Below are positions 12,479 through 24,093 of a DNA stretch of 58,902 nucleotides, piece by piece. The stretch comes from Psammoneis japonica (taxonomy: Eukaryota), in the NCBI GenBank assembly GCA_008632985.1, contig QPGO01000059.1, positions 372,001 to 430,902 on the forward strand, written 5' to 3'. Below the pieces are notes generated by a model. The model was not told where the DNA came from. It saw nothing but the letters and a program-made list of their open reading frames with translations, and did not search any database. Numbering within the stretch: the stretch's first letter is position 1; every line of letters starts with the position of its first letter. Position numbers and translations under genes: made by a program.

Positions 12479-13489
12479 TGCCTCGTCATCACTGGATCAA
12501 CAGAGTGGACAAGTCATTGCAGCAGTGGTGGTGAAGGAACTGCTGCCAGATGCTGTGGTCATGATTTTCACACACAAATTCATCCACAGCAAAATCCATT
12601 CTGATGCAGCACCTTGAGAGCCACAACCAATGGTGTGTCATTGTTTTCCAAAGGCTTCAGGCAGATTCTGCATTTGCTGTTGATCATTGGAAAATCACTG
12701 CTGGGCACCACATGATCTGCTTCTTCTGTTGTCTTGGCTTTGCATCACTCTTGCATTGCACTTTCAATTCTTCCAAGGCAGTTGTGCATCACAGGGGGGT
12801 GCTGCTCTCACTGGTGTGGCCAATGATTGATTTGGGTTGGCACAAACAGTCAGCAACAAGCAAGGTTGCTTCATGACTGTGTGTGGGCTTTTTTCTCATT
12901 TTTGTTGCATTGGCTCTTCCTGCTCTGCTGATGCCACATGCCATGCCAACTTTTTTTTCATTTTTTGAATTTGCTGCAACAGAATGTTTCTTTTAAAGGT
13001 GCGATCATGAAGCAGCGGTGGCCTCAGTTGTTTGCCGCATCACAATTTTTTGCTGCCAGCCCCTCCCCCACCCCCACAACACACACATGCCACTGAGAGC
13101 TGCAGGCATCTCATGATGCACAAAGCAATGTCCTCACTGACTCAACAAGCACAACTCAATTCCAGCACAAATTTGCCACAGAAATGCCTCAGGTGGAAAC
13201 CACCAAACCATGTCACCATGGCAAGAAATCTGTGGGGTCGCCACTTTCTTGGTGGTGTCACATTTAAGAGCCACAGCAGTCAACATCACATTGCATCTTG
13301 AAAACTCACACAAGGGAGAATCAACATGTGAGAGTGCAGTGGGCCAATTGTTGGCTCACATGGTCAAGAAGCAAAAGGCAAAACATCAAATGCTTTGAAA
13401 GCACATCAAGGCACATGCACATGACACAAATCACATGCTGCCACAATGTGTCAGTGTCATGGTGAGTTGTGGCCATTGATGGAGCATGT

Positions 13490-13870
13490 TCAATTTGCAG
13501 CTGCCATTGTCATTGCATGGGAGCAAGTCATGAAAACTTCAAGTGAGTCCTCATCATTTGTGCACAAGCAAGTGAGAGCACTGACTTCAAAGCTCTGCTT
13601 TGCAGACTCTGTTGGATGATGGATGGACAACTCTGCAAATTTGATTGGCTGGGTGGCCAGGGCCAGTCTTGGGTCATCATCTGCAAGGGTCTCTCCCAAC
13701 AGTGCCGGCAGGAATTGGCACTTGATCACTTCTTCCACATTGGCAAAAGAGTCAGCACAATCCTTCGCTGCAGGCTGGGTGTGCTGCCACTCTTTGAGCT
13801 GCAAAGACTTCTGCAGACCAACATGGGCTGTCTGTGGGTGGTGGACCGCCATCTTGGTGAGTCCCTGGAT
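13490..13870 (-). mobile_element. Decayed non-LTR retrotransposon RT C-terminal fragment (CRE/R2-like)
   Basis: HPQTAHVGLQKSLQ..EWQHTQ...VEEVIKCQFLPALLG..RLALATQPIKFAELSI resembles YPQTAY.GL.KSLQ.EWQY...FLPAL...LP.K..GL of such elements. Confidence 0.6.
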
Positions 13871-14888
13871 GACTGAGATTTGCCCCCTGGTCATCTCTGC
13901 CATCTCCATTCATCACCAAAGGCTTCTTCCCCATTCTCCCATGATGAAGCCCAGGCGCAGTGGGGCTGGCTGGCTTTGGTGCTGAAGCTGAGGTCTCCAA
14001 AGCAGTTCTTGGTGTTCTCCAGACTGTGTGCTGGGAGACTGGGATGTTCTTGGAGTTGTCAGTGGGACAGCAACCATTTTGCAGTGCTTGAAAGTCCCCT
14101 GCTGTGGCTGAGCCCTGAGGAGCACACCAAGGAGCAAAAACACGTGCCTGAGAAATGCTTGCTCACCTCATGGATCAGTGTGGGAGAAGGCCCAACCTGC
14201 ACACCACCATGCCCAGTGGGTTGCCCTGCCCAATGCCTTTCTTGCCGAGGAGGAGGGCGAATGATCCGAGGTTTCCCTGGGCGATGATGATCAAGATGCT
14301 CCAGAGCTTTTGCAGCAGTTGAGGACAATCCGAGCACCAGAAGGCCACTCATGCCCAACTGTGAATGGCACAGGCATCCTGTTCTTCTTGTTGAAGCCAT
14401 TGGAGGGAGGCCCATCAACAAAAAGGAACCTGTGGAGCTGTCCTCAAATTTGTGTTGTTCCTTGTGCCTCTCCCGATTTGACCAGAAGTTTTGTCCAGCA
14501 CGAGTGAGTCTCTTCGCCATGAGAGCCCGATGTGCTGCCTTGCTGACCAGTTTGTGAACATGCCGTACACAACGCTTCTCGAAGCAATGCACTGGCTTTT
14601 CCATGACGGAGAAGCCATTCTGATGCGGGCATCAGATCCGCCATGTCCTGCGCTCCCAAACAATCTTCGCGCGACGGTGTCGACGTGACACGATGATGAC
14701 ATCGCTCTTAGAGTTTAGCATGTGGCAGAATGTTGAACTTTCTGCAGACTTTCTGCAGACTTTCTGCGCAAATTACAGTATGAACAAATTTGTTCTCCTG
14801 CATGCGCAATCCTTCAAAAAAAAAGCGAAGGAGAAGCGGGTTCGACTGGACACAAGAAGGTTAAAATCGAAAGGCCTACACATGAGGG

Positions 14889-17213
14889 ATGCGCTTCTTC
14901 ATCATAGGTTACCTCGTGTTTGGTGTCACGAACGTTGCATCATCATCCTCCGCTAAAGCTCATTTCCAGCATACTATCCCTGAAGAAGAACAAGAAGATA
15001 ATGTTGAAGAGAAAGGTTTCTCAGCAGCCGGCACAAGAGATTCAGTCAACCATAACAATTATGCTCACAAAAGCCGTTCCCTTGGAGGGGTTTCTGGGTT
15101 GAAAGATGAGTGGAACTTGTTGGGAAATGAAATTGATCTTGACGAAGGCGATAAACACAAGGAAGTATCGTCGGTTGCCATTTCCGGCAATGGGAAACGA
15201 ATCGCCATTGGAGATTTTAAGAGGCGTGCGCCAATCCAAAAAGCCGGACGGATTCGAATTTTTGAACTAAGCGAAGGGATATGGACACGTGTCGGTCAAG
15301 AGGTTTTCATGGGTGGATCGGGAACCTCCCTTCGATGGACGGATTTTTCCATTGCGCTTTCGAAGAATGGAAATCGCGTCATTGTGGGTGCCATCAATGA
15401 TCATCCGTTAATAGACTACCCTGGGGAAGCACGTGTGTTTGAGTACAATGGAAAATCTTGGGAGCAATTGGGTGCCACATTTTCTGGGAAGCCACTCAAA
15501 GACCGGTTTGGAAAGTCCGTAACAATGTCGGACGACGGGAATCGAATCGCCATTGGTAGTGACGGAGGGCGAGTTGAAGCATACGAATGGAGCAAACAAT
15601 CTTGGACCAAAATGGGCAACAGCTTTGTTGGAGACGACGAGTTCGGATGGTTTGTCAATATGGCTGGAAATGGAAACAGACTGGCCATTGGCGACTTTTA
15701 CTCCATGGGCGGAGCTTTTGAATGGGTCAATAATTCCTCGTGGGTTCCCATGGAGTATGATTTTGGTGGAGAAGATAGCTATGAGTGGCTTTCGGTCATG
15801 TCGCACACGGGAAACCGTTTAGCAATTTCTTCCGTCGGATATGATGAATCAAAGGGATATGTTCGTGTATTTGATTGGATTAAATCAACCTGGGTGCAGG
15901 TCGGGGATGCCATTGTTGGTTGGGAAGAAGGGGAAAATGTTGGTCGTATCTTGTCCTTGTCAGATGATGGGCGGGTTCTGGCAGTTGGATCTCATAACTA
16001 CAATGGAAACCGTGGGCATGTTCGGGTATTTGAGTACAATGGATCCTCATGGAAACTCCTGGGCCAACAAGTGCTAGGTAAATATCGTGACGACAAGGAC
16101 GCATTTACTGGATGGGGTGTAGGGATGTCATTGTCTGGAGACGGAGAACGGTTCGTCGCGGTCGGACGTGACTACGCTAGTATCTATGAGCTTTCAACGG
16201 TTTGTAATTCTCCAACGATCAATAAAAGGAGGGACAAGGGTGTCTTTCTGTGGAACGATTGTTTTTCAAATCAGTGGCACGTTCGCGCCGTTGCCGGTGG
16301 ACGGTCTGGGGTAAGGATCCGTGGTACGTTGGTGCCGGATAAATCAGGTGGCACCAAAGTGAATAAGAAGGTCTCACTTGAGAAAATGGACAAGGTGAAT
16401 CTTCCAGACTTCAATTTCCAGGTTGACAAGAACGACATGGATGGGTTCGATTTCCGCCTAGGCGGCAACGCTTGCTTGACGATCCATTCCTCAAACGATG
16501 TCCCTCTGTTTGTTGGAAAGGACCGTGTGGAGTTTCGTGAATCACTCCGTATCCCTAGCTTAGAGCTATGTGATGGACCGCAACTTGAGTATCTCTTTGA
16601 CTTGGACCTCAATACGGATACCGGGCAACGAGAATGGGATGGCGACCATAATCAAAAACAGGGAAGGACATTTACGAACCCGTATGGCTTTTCGAGCAGG
16701 GCAATCTTTCTTGGTGAGAGCGAACATATGGTTATTTCTCGTGCCAAAAGGCTTCAAATGGAAAGCTACACCATGATGGCATGGGTGCGGTACAAAGACA
16801 GCAGATACAGTAGTGATGGCTCGCAGACGATTGTTCAAAAGGGTGGCGCTCTTTGGCTCAACATTATGACAGATACAGGTCTTGTGAGAGCGGGCGGCTT
16901 TTTTGGCGGGTGTGGTAAAACCAATTCTTTTCGAATGGATAGCACCATACCCGTTCCAAAGGAAACGTGGACTCACGTGGCTGTCACTAACAATTTGACT
17001 GCCATGAAAATCCACATCAACGGAGAATTGGCGGGCGAGAGAAAACTTCCAATGCCGAAACCATACTGCATCAACAATAGACCGTTTAACATTGGGTCCA
17101 CATATCGCCCAAAGGAGTCATGTTGCCACTTTAACGGTCTCATCGACTCGGTACGCGTCTACGACCGGGCTCTGAGTCAAGATGAAATCTGGTCCGATAT
17201 GTTTTGCAACTAG
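14889..17213 (+). CDS. Secreted protein with FG-GAP-like beta-propeller repeats and C-terminal LamG/concanavalin-like domain
   Basis: Signal peptide; repeated S(L/M)SxDGxR(I/L)AIG...RVFE...WxQLG; WTHVAVT...IHING...FNGLIDSVRVYDRALS. Confidence 0.85.
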   Translation: MRFFIIGYLVFGVTNVASSSSAKAHFQHTIPEEEQEDNVEEKGFSAAGTRDSVNHNNYAHKSRSLGGVSGLKDEWNLLGNEIDLDEGDKHKEVSSVAISGNGKRIAIGDFKRRAPIQKAGRIRIFELSEGIWTRVGQEVFMGGSGTSLRWTDFSIALSKNGNRVIVGAINDHPLIDYPGEARVFEYNGKSWEQLGATFSGKPLKDRFGKSVTMSDDGNRIAIGSDGGRVEAYEWSKQSWTKMGNSFVGDDEFGWFVNMAGNGNRLAIGDFYSMGGAFEWVNNSSWVPMEYDFGGEDSYEWLSVMSHTGNRLAISSVGYDESKGYVRVFDWIKSTWVQVGDAIVGWEEGENVGRILSLSDDGRVLAVGSHNYNGNRGHVRVFEYNGSSWKLLGQQVLGKYRDDKDAFTGWGVGMSLSGDGERFVAVGRDYASIYELSTVCNSPTINKRRDKGVFLWNDCFSNQWHVRAVAGGRSGVRIRGTLVPDKSGGTKVNKKVSLEKMDKVNLPDFNFQVDKNDMDGFDFRLGGNACLTIHSSNDVPLFVGKDRVEFRESLRIPSLELCDGPQLEYLFDLDLNTDTGQREWDGDHNQKQGRTFTNPYGFSSRAIFLGESEHMVISRAKRLQMESYTMMAWVRYKDSRYSSDGSQTIVQKGGALWLNIMTDTGLVRAGGFFGGCGKTNSFRMDSTIPVPKETWTHVAVTNNLTAMKIHINGELAGERKLPMPKPYCINNRPFNIGSTYRPKESCCHFNGLIDSVRVYDRALSQDEIWSDMFCN

Positions 17214-17714
17214 TTTGGAGGTAGGTAGATTCCATTGCCGAGATGTCTGCCTTCTGCCCATTCTTGCGATCGCCTCGCTCTAGGGTTCCTTCCGAACATA
17301 TGTGCTTTCAATTAAAGTAATTAACATCGTGAATATCTGATCTTATGCAGCACTTGTGTCCACGGCAGATGCAGCTCGTTTGGGGCCACATTCTTGAAAT
17401 CGACTTCCAGGAGAGAAGAGAGGATGGCTTCCCCCGACATGTGGAATGCTCCAGATGAGCCAAGTGCGAAATAATAACTACTAGCAGAGTGCTTTGAAGA
17501 ATAGAATTCATGTAAAAGAGCGCTCAGGTGATGGAAACGAGGCGGTCGTTTTTGGTCCTTTGTTCCTTGGCGCCCAATTCTTCTCCCCATGTGCAGATCT
17601 GAATGCTTTATCTTCCGAATCTTTTGAACCGCTCGTCCTTCGCTGCTGTTCAACGTGGAATCCACAATCATTCTACTCTACGTACACACATTCTCAGCAT
17701 CTTTCTACATGTCA

Positions 17715-19930
17715 AATTTTTGGCTCAAAAAACTCTGGTTCGCAGCGGCTCGTCCTCATTCATCATTGTTTCATTGACACCATGACATCCAAAAAGAGGT
17801 GTCACTGGCTCCCCTGCAACATCAACTGCAGCGGCACAACTCCCGTCCATGTCTGTTTTCACCCAGCTCCCTTTGAGCTGTGGGACAGAAACGTCAGCAT
17901 TTCAGCAGTTTCCCAGCAGATGAGAGCTGTTGCTCCACTTGCCTCAACAAGAATTGAAGGGACACGAGGCTCAATCCAATGCTTCCATCCAAGTGCTGCA
18001 GTCTTTTGACGGCATTTGCAAGTGACGGCATCAAAAGCATGGCATCACAGCATGCGTTGTGGTGGTTGAAGCAGCCTCCTCTGTCTCATGGCAAATTTTG
18101 ACCTGTTTGTGGGGTCATGTTTTTCAATCTGTGGCAAACAGCCAGTTGTGCAGATGGTGATTTTGTTTTGACTGTGAAAGTTGAGAAGTTTTGTGCTGTG
18201 GGGTTTGACTCCACCCCCCCCCTCAAATGAGAAAAAAATGTTTTGCCATGAGAAATTCCCCCTTTCAGCCATCATTGGAACACCTCTGCCAGTTGTCCCA
18301 ACAAGAGCACAGTTGTCAATGATTGCTTGTTTGCTGTCTTTCCAGCTGCTGTCTGCAATTGCAATTGTTGCACAACTTGGTGTCTCGCTGCTGACAGTCA
18401 CATGGTTTCTTGCCAGGCTGCTGTGCTTCTCAATGTCAGCTGTGCACACCGCCCCTCAGCATCTTTGTGGGTTTCTGCACAATGTCTGGGCCACAGCCAG
18501 CTTTTCATTTCTTGCAGCAATGACATGGCAACACAATTTGTCAAACCTGCACCGGGGGGTCCATCCAAGAAGAGTTGTCAAATGAACAAGGTGCTTGGCA
18601 TTGTTGTGTGCCACGCATTGCGCGCACATTCTGCATGTGATCCTCTGCAAAATTGCCCCATGCTCTCCCATTTTGCAAAGCCAAAGGCCTTTTATTTTGT
18701 GTGCTTGTGAGAACAAAAATGGGCTTGGCATTTTTTCATCATGTTTGAACAACACACCTGAGCAAGCTGGAGAGTTTGTGCATTGACAAAGTTTCCCATT
18801 TTTCTGATGGGGATTGTTGACACATTCATCACCCAACAAATTTGGTGCAGAGCTTGTGTTCAGAATTCTGTGAGCCCAAGCAACGTCACACAGAGTCCTG
18901 CTCAGGGCCAGAGCACACATCCAACAGCAGCTTGGTCAACTCCCCTCTGTGCTGATTCTCCTGTGCAGCTCTGCTGCTCCTCTCTGGGCCAGCAGCAAGA
19001 AAAAATGGCCAAGAACAATGAGAGACTTGCTGGTGGGCAACACTGAGAGCCCTTGGAATGGCCGCCATGTGGCAGAAGAATGCAGAAGAAAGTGGATGAG
19101 GGGCAGACAACAGACTGACAGAGAGAGAGGCTTCTCCAGCTCCCCACCATTGTTGTTGGTGGCAGATGATTGATTGGCAGTGATGGGGTCAGCTGCGGCA
19201 ACCCAAAATGGTGTCAACAGCACTGAAAGTGCTTTGCTCCATTGGTTGTTGGTGTGTTTTTTGCACATCAGTTGCTTGCCCGCTTCACCTGGTGTTTTGC
19301 ATTTTTGTGATTTGGCTCCTCAGCACTCAGCCAAAAGAAACATGAGTTGCAAAAAGTGTGCCACAGATGCCTTTTTTTGGGTGGCAAGGCTGTGTTGCGG
19401 CACACAACAGTCATCCAGAATCAAGGTCTCCATCTGGTGCCTGCTTGCATCTGCAGGCGGAGCAAAATCACCTTCCATTGCAGCAGAAATGTGCTCCACA
19501 CTTCATGCCTGTTGCTTTGAAGAGGTGGCTGGCTCAAATCATCTCAGTCAGAAGGGCAGCTCTCTCTTCCAATTTGCACTCCGATGAGTCCAACCCTTCC
19601 ATCTTTGAACACGCGGCAAGAATCTTCATGACTTGGTCAACTGGGTGACGAAGGGTGCCCCCCTGAGCTCAGCTTGCTGCACAAAAGAGTGGTGTGGGCC
19701 TTGCCACAGTGCTGCAAGCTCAACTGCCTCCCTCGAGCCTGAGCTTCACCAGCACTTGAGCCTCCTTTGTGTGGGGGGTGCCAGCCACCAGCCAACAGTG
19801 CTCATGGGGCCCACACCCACAGCGGCATTTGGGTCCACTCGGGCAGACATCACCAAGGTGCACCTTCATTTTTTGAACAACAACTGCTCCACAACGTGTG
19901 ACATGAGAATGAGGTGTCTGCAGACACACT
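17715..19930. other. TpA/CpG-depleted hypermutated domain 2
   Basis: Roughly one TA seen (tttatt at ~18693) in ~2.2 kb; ends abruptly at ctctactctctagctagctag. Confidence 0.85.
17782..18035 (+). pseudogene. RNASEH2C: Decayed RNase H2 subunit C-like gene copy
   Basis: MTSKKRCHWLPCNINCSGTTPVHVCFHP resembles HxLPCxIxYxGxAPVxxYFxP with Y->C; a downstream frame gives IQVLQSFDGICK*RH, resembling FxxIxxWxH; frameshifted. Confidence 0.5.
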
Positions 19931-20146
19931 CTCTACTCTCTAGCTAGCTAGCAGCTGGTGGCAGGAGAGGACGAACAAAGCAGAGACGACCCAGCCAGGT
20001 GTCCGATGTCCCGCGGCTGACGTCCGCGTTCTCATTTTTCACGAACGACATCCGCGGATCGCAACGCATTCAACATCGCGCTTCACGACAAGAACCAAGT
20101 GTGATGGGTCGATTAATGCTCATTTCACCATTAGACTCTGCTTATA

Positions 20147-21874
20147 ATGACCACCCCTTACACTTCCCCTACTAACTGGAAGCCAGACAAAGTTGCCGTT
20201 ATTACGGACCATCTTGAGTTGCAGCAGCCGTATGACGAGCAAAGTCTGACATCTCTTGTTGAAGATGAGAACACTACTTGCGTTTTGATTCGTGCCAGTA
20301 AGTTCAGTAAAACATTTGGAAGGGGCTCTCGCCCAAACTTCTACTCGCTTCAAGACTTCACACTGGAGCCTCCTCCTCCTTTGAGTGAGATTGACAAGGC
20401 TGTTTGGAGGCGGTTTCACGAGCGTGCTACGAATGCAAAACATAGCGGTTTCTATGGAAGGCACTCCATCCCAGTCTTTCTGACATTGATTCCATGGTCG
20501 ATACTTATGATCATGGGGGATATCAAGGACAAAACTGACGAAGGTGTACCCAGTTGGTTGCTTGTTTCTTTCATTATTTGTACCGTCGTACCATTTGTCA
20601 CTGGGTTTGTTTCAGGCTCTAAAGAAGAAGAGATTTCTATTAAAGCGGAACAAAGAGTAGTTGACAAGATGAAACAAACCTTTGCCATTGAAGGATATGA
20701 TGTGGAACACGTTGCTACTCCCCGGTGCCGAGGAAAGTGTATCTCGTGCAGCTATGTGATGTTCCACCGTCGTGCATCCAAGTTGATCGACCCTTCAGCC
20801 GACGCTGTCGCCCCCGATGATAGTATGTTCGATACGTTTGAATCTTACTACTGGTCGCGATTGGAAGGAGCATGGAAACTGTCTAATAGCTCCTTTCGTG
20901 AAAAGGGTGATCAATGCCCTGATTGGTGCGTCAACATTCCAAAGAACACTGCTAGGATCAGAATATCTGGTGCTTCCCGTCCAGATACTTTCACCCATTC
21001 TAGAAGCGCTAGCGCGAACTTCTGCTTTGGGCTTTGTTCAAAGGATTATCAAGTCTTGGGTCAGATTGAAGGAAACTGTTTAGTTTTCGGAAGCCGCAAA
21101 GACATGGAAGATTTGGTCGAGAACGCCAATCTCAGTGAGGAGGCAAAGGAGAAGCTCGCTCAAGTGATTGATTATCACGAGAAGGAGAAGAGTTTCTATC
21201 CTATTGGAGAGAGTTCAAATGGTGCTGCTTTCTTCCGCAACAAGAGTGGAGGGAGTGTATGGAAAGTAGACAGACTCAAGCTGGTACAATATCATGACTT
21301 AATTGACGAACACCTTTCCACTACAGACATTCTTGAAGGCGTTCTTGACGACAATGACAAGTGCGAAAGAGAATGGTTTGAATATGAAAAGTTTTTAGAG
21401 AGTCCAGAGGACCTCGTGGAGATATCCGAGTTTGTAGGAGCGGCGGACAACGCAACCCTTTTCAGTCTAGAAAACAGGTTCAAGTGGACGTTTGCGGTGC
21501 CTTTCCCGGCTGCCATTATGTTCTTTTCCTGTGGTGCCACCGCAGACTCACTGCAAACCAAGTATGTTCTTTGGGTAACAGGCTTTTGCGCCATGGCCAG
21601 TAGCATCAGCGTATGTCTGCTTCAGTGGCGTCTTAGGAGATCTCACCAATGGGCGATTTTTTGGTCGGCGATGTATCTGATGTGCCTGTTGATCACATTA
21701 TTTGGTCTCGTCATCAAATGGAAAGAGCTCATTTTGCATGCGAAGGTCCCCTTTGTAGTGTCTGTCATTGCATTTCTCGGTTGTTTCTTAGCGTTAGCGG
21801 TTGCCAATCTGCATTGGTGTTTCCAGTGGCGAGACGCTCTGCGACGAAACCATCCATCTGACGGTCGTCGATAG
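20147..21874 (+). CDS. Hypothetical multi-pass membrane protein (575 aa)
   Basis: Long ATG-initiated ORF with normal composition; 2 N-proximal and ~4 C-terminal TM segments. Confidence 0.7.
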   Translation: MTTPYTSPTNWKPDKVAVITDHLELQQPYDEQSLTSLVEDENTTCVLIRASKFSKTFGRGSRPNFYSLQDFTLEPPPPLSEIDKAVWRRFHERATNAKHSGFYGRHSIPVFLTLIPWSILMIMGDIKDKTDEGVPSWLLVSFIICTVVPFVTGFVSGSKEEEISIKAEQRVVDKMKQTFAIEGYDVEHVATPRCRGKCISCSYVMFHRRASKLIDPSADAVAPDDSMFDTFESYYWSRLEGAWKLSNSSFREKGDQCPDWCVNIPKNTARIRISGASRPDTFTHSRSASANFCFGLCSKDYQVLGQIEGNCLVFGSRKDMEDLVENANLSEEAKEKLAQVIDYHEKEKSFYPIGESSNGAAFFRNKSGGSVWKVDRLKLVQYHDLIDEHLSTTDILEGVLDDNDKCEREWFEYEKFLESPEDLVEISEFVGAADNATLFSLENRFKWTFAVPFPAAIMFFSCGATADSLQTKYVLWVTGFCAMASSISVCLLQWRLRRSHQWAIFWSAMYLMCLLITLFGLVIKWKELILHAKVPFVVSVIAFLGCFLALAVANLHWCFQWRDALRRNHPSDGRR

Positions 21875-22716
21875 AGCTCAGCAATGACGCATTCAAAAAA
21901 GTTCATCGTACATGGTATAAGATTGCCATGCCATACCTCTTTCGCTAGGGAGGAGAGAGTGGCACCCCTAGAAAGGTGATGACAATGGATTGGGCGCGCA
22001 ATGATGGACTTTTGGTTGTGGCCACCAGCTCGACTGAACCGACCACTCCACGTCAATAAAATAAGAAAGCAAGCTTCTCTCTAGAGAGGCCCGACGACGT
22101 TAAGAATTTGCTCTGTTTCTTCTCTGTTTCACTTTTTATCCACCGATTGCTCCTGTTGGGTGTCGGTGACATGCTTGCTCCGGAGGTTCTAGTGGCCAGT
22201 GGAGGATGGACGATTGCCCGGTGACTTCGATGACATTCGATCCCATGCCGCCCATAACGTCTAGTGTTGCAAGCCAGTTGTGAGAGAATCAATCATCGTC
22301 AGTGCATTAACGTGCATCTCAATCATCCATGCAAGCATGTGCATCGTAGTTCGCAGTGCGGCGCGGCCAAGTTCAAAAGCGCAATTTCGCTTGTGACATT
22401 CCTTCTCGTCCAGCGCAGAGGCAAGGAAAGAAACAAGAAAACAAGCCTCGAGGTTCGAAAGGATAGGAGCGCTTATGCATGGAGCCCCCGACGTGCCGTT
22501 GTCATTTCCTACATAAATGGTGACCTTCCAATTTGTGAGCGCATTGTATTTGTGGCGAACCGCCCATATTCAATGTAAATGGATCTGAAGATATTATTTT
22601 AGAATAACAACTTTATTTAGCCGATGAATGTTTCAATGAAAGTCCAACGGTCGGAACTGATCCGTCAACGGAAAATAACATCACTGTAGAGGTGACCTTG
22701 CAGTCCTTGCACAGTG

Positions 22717-23790
22717 ATGCGGATCACAAAATCGAAATGCGCCTCCAGTTCCGCGGAGAAACAAGCCGAGGATTTGCATTTTAACATGTTGAGAGGCAGT
22801 GCATGGGCTGTGGCGTTGGTGCTTGTAGTGAACATCATATTGAGTTTAACTCTTTTCGAGGACAAGAGACCTCCATTTTCATATTCGGCGTCTCTGGAAA
22901 TCGACGGAGCCAAGCCAGTGAGCCACGTGGCTAATAAGTCTGAAAATGATGGAGTAAAGTTCGTTTTCTTCATGGGTCTTGAAGGAACAGGTCATCATAT
23001 GATCAATAGCCTTATTGAGAGCTCGCCAATAAGAACAACGATACAAAACCTGAGATTAGAGCAAGATTTGATCACGCTGCAAAAAGGTCTGTACGACCGC
23101 AGGAACAAATCTGCGGGATTGTGGAGTCTACCCTGTGATCCGAATGGCGAGTATGGTCCCAACAGACCCATGGAACATGTAGTTGATTTGCTGCAAAAAG
23201 TACAGACTCGTGTGTCGTCTTCCATCAACGCCACCTCTAATGACGTTGCCATCCCCCTCAACTGCATCCTGTTTGCGGGCGGCACTCCCAGCATGTTTAG
23301 CTACCCAATGTTATTGGGCACTTGCCGCCCATTGCAGTACCCAGATGTGCAGTTACTTGAACAAAGCTGTGCGGCTGCCAATGTCACATGTGAGTACGTC
23401 TATCTGCAACGAGATCCATATGCTATCCTACGATCGACCGTAGTGAGTCGCCAATACCAAGCCACAATAAGCTCAGCCATGAAGCTTTACACTGGCCTCT
23501 ACCATACGTTGCAAAGTCAGCTCCACGACATTGCTTCCTCGTTGCTGTTTTGTCACGACTTTGATGATGAACCTAGCTGGGAACTCGGGCGGCTACTTGG
23601 TTGGGAGAACAAAACAGCTTTTGAAACTATGCTTTCCAAAGTGTTTAGGCGTCCACCTCCGGTGAACCAACAAGAGCAAGAAAGGATTGTGCCTTGGGAG
23701 TTGCAGCCCTATATGAAATCACTTTTGCGTGCACATGAACAAACAAAAGACACCTGTCTCGCTCTTACGGCAGACCGTAATGCAAGATGA
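22717..23790 (+). CDS. Type II membrane P-loop/sulfotransferase-like protein (start may be 22786)
   Basis: N-terminal TM, FVFFMGLEGTGHH 5'-PSB-like loop, YVYLQRDPYAILRS 3'-PB-like motif. Confidence 0.65.
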   Translation: MRITKSKCASSSAEKQAEDLHFNMLRGSAWAVALVLVVNIILSLTLFEDKRPPFSYSASLEIDGAKPVSHVANKSENDGVKFVFFMGLEGTGHHMINSLIESSPIRTTIQNLRLEQDLITLQKGLYDRRNKSAGLWSLPCDPNGEYGPNRPMEHVVDLLQKVQTRVSSSINATSNDVAIPLNCILFAGGTPSMFSYPMLLGTCRPLQYPDVQLLEQSCAAANVTCEYVYLQRDPYAILRSTVVSRQYQATISSAMKLYTGLYHTLQSQLHDIASSLLFCHDFDDEPSWELGRLLGWENKTAFETMLSKVFRRPPPVNQQEQERIVPWELQPYMKSLLRAHEQTKDTCLALTADRNAR

Positions 23791-24093
23791 AGCAGAGCGG
23801 CGGCACGACAAACATCGCAGGAGAATATGCAATCGGAGACTCCTCTATCCCATATAGCGGCTCTGTCTGAAGGTTTCAAGCACTGTGGACTTCGTTCCTG
23901 AATCTCTGGGAAAGTGAATAAGTGTTTCAGGTTCGCAAGAACTTCAATAAGAAGGTTTGAACTCGCGATCGAGCTTGACATATTCTTGGGTCGAAGATCT
24001 TGGCCACACGGATGCAACCTCCGAGTTGGGCAATCTCTTCATGACAGGGGCGGGAGTATTCCAAGGTTGGCATAAATAATCGTACCATTCAAT

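Larger units (their letters stand above)
12075..14560. other. TpA/CpG-depleted hypermutated domain 1
   Basis: Only about two TA seen by eye (12994, 13265; both TTAA); ORFs here nearly lack Tyr and are rich in C/H/Q. Confidence 0.85.

Noticed and set aside
12075..14560. Alternative genetic code, or foreign/viral DNA with natural TA avoidance
   Set aside because: Recognisable proteins are frameshifted with damaged motifs, boundaries fall mid-gene, and a local copy/parent pair shows the changes are derived.
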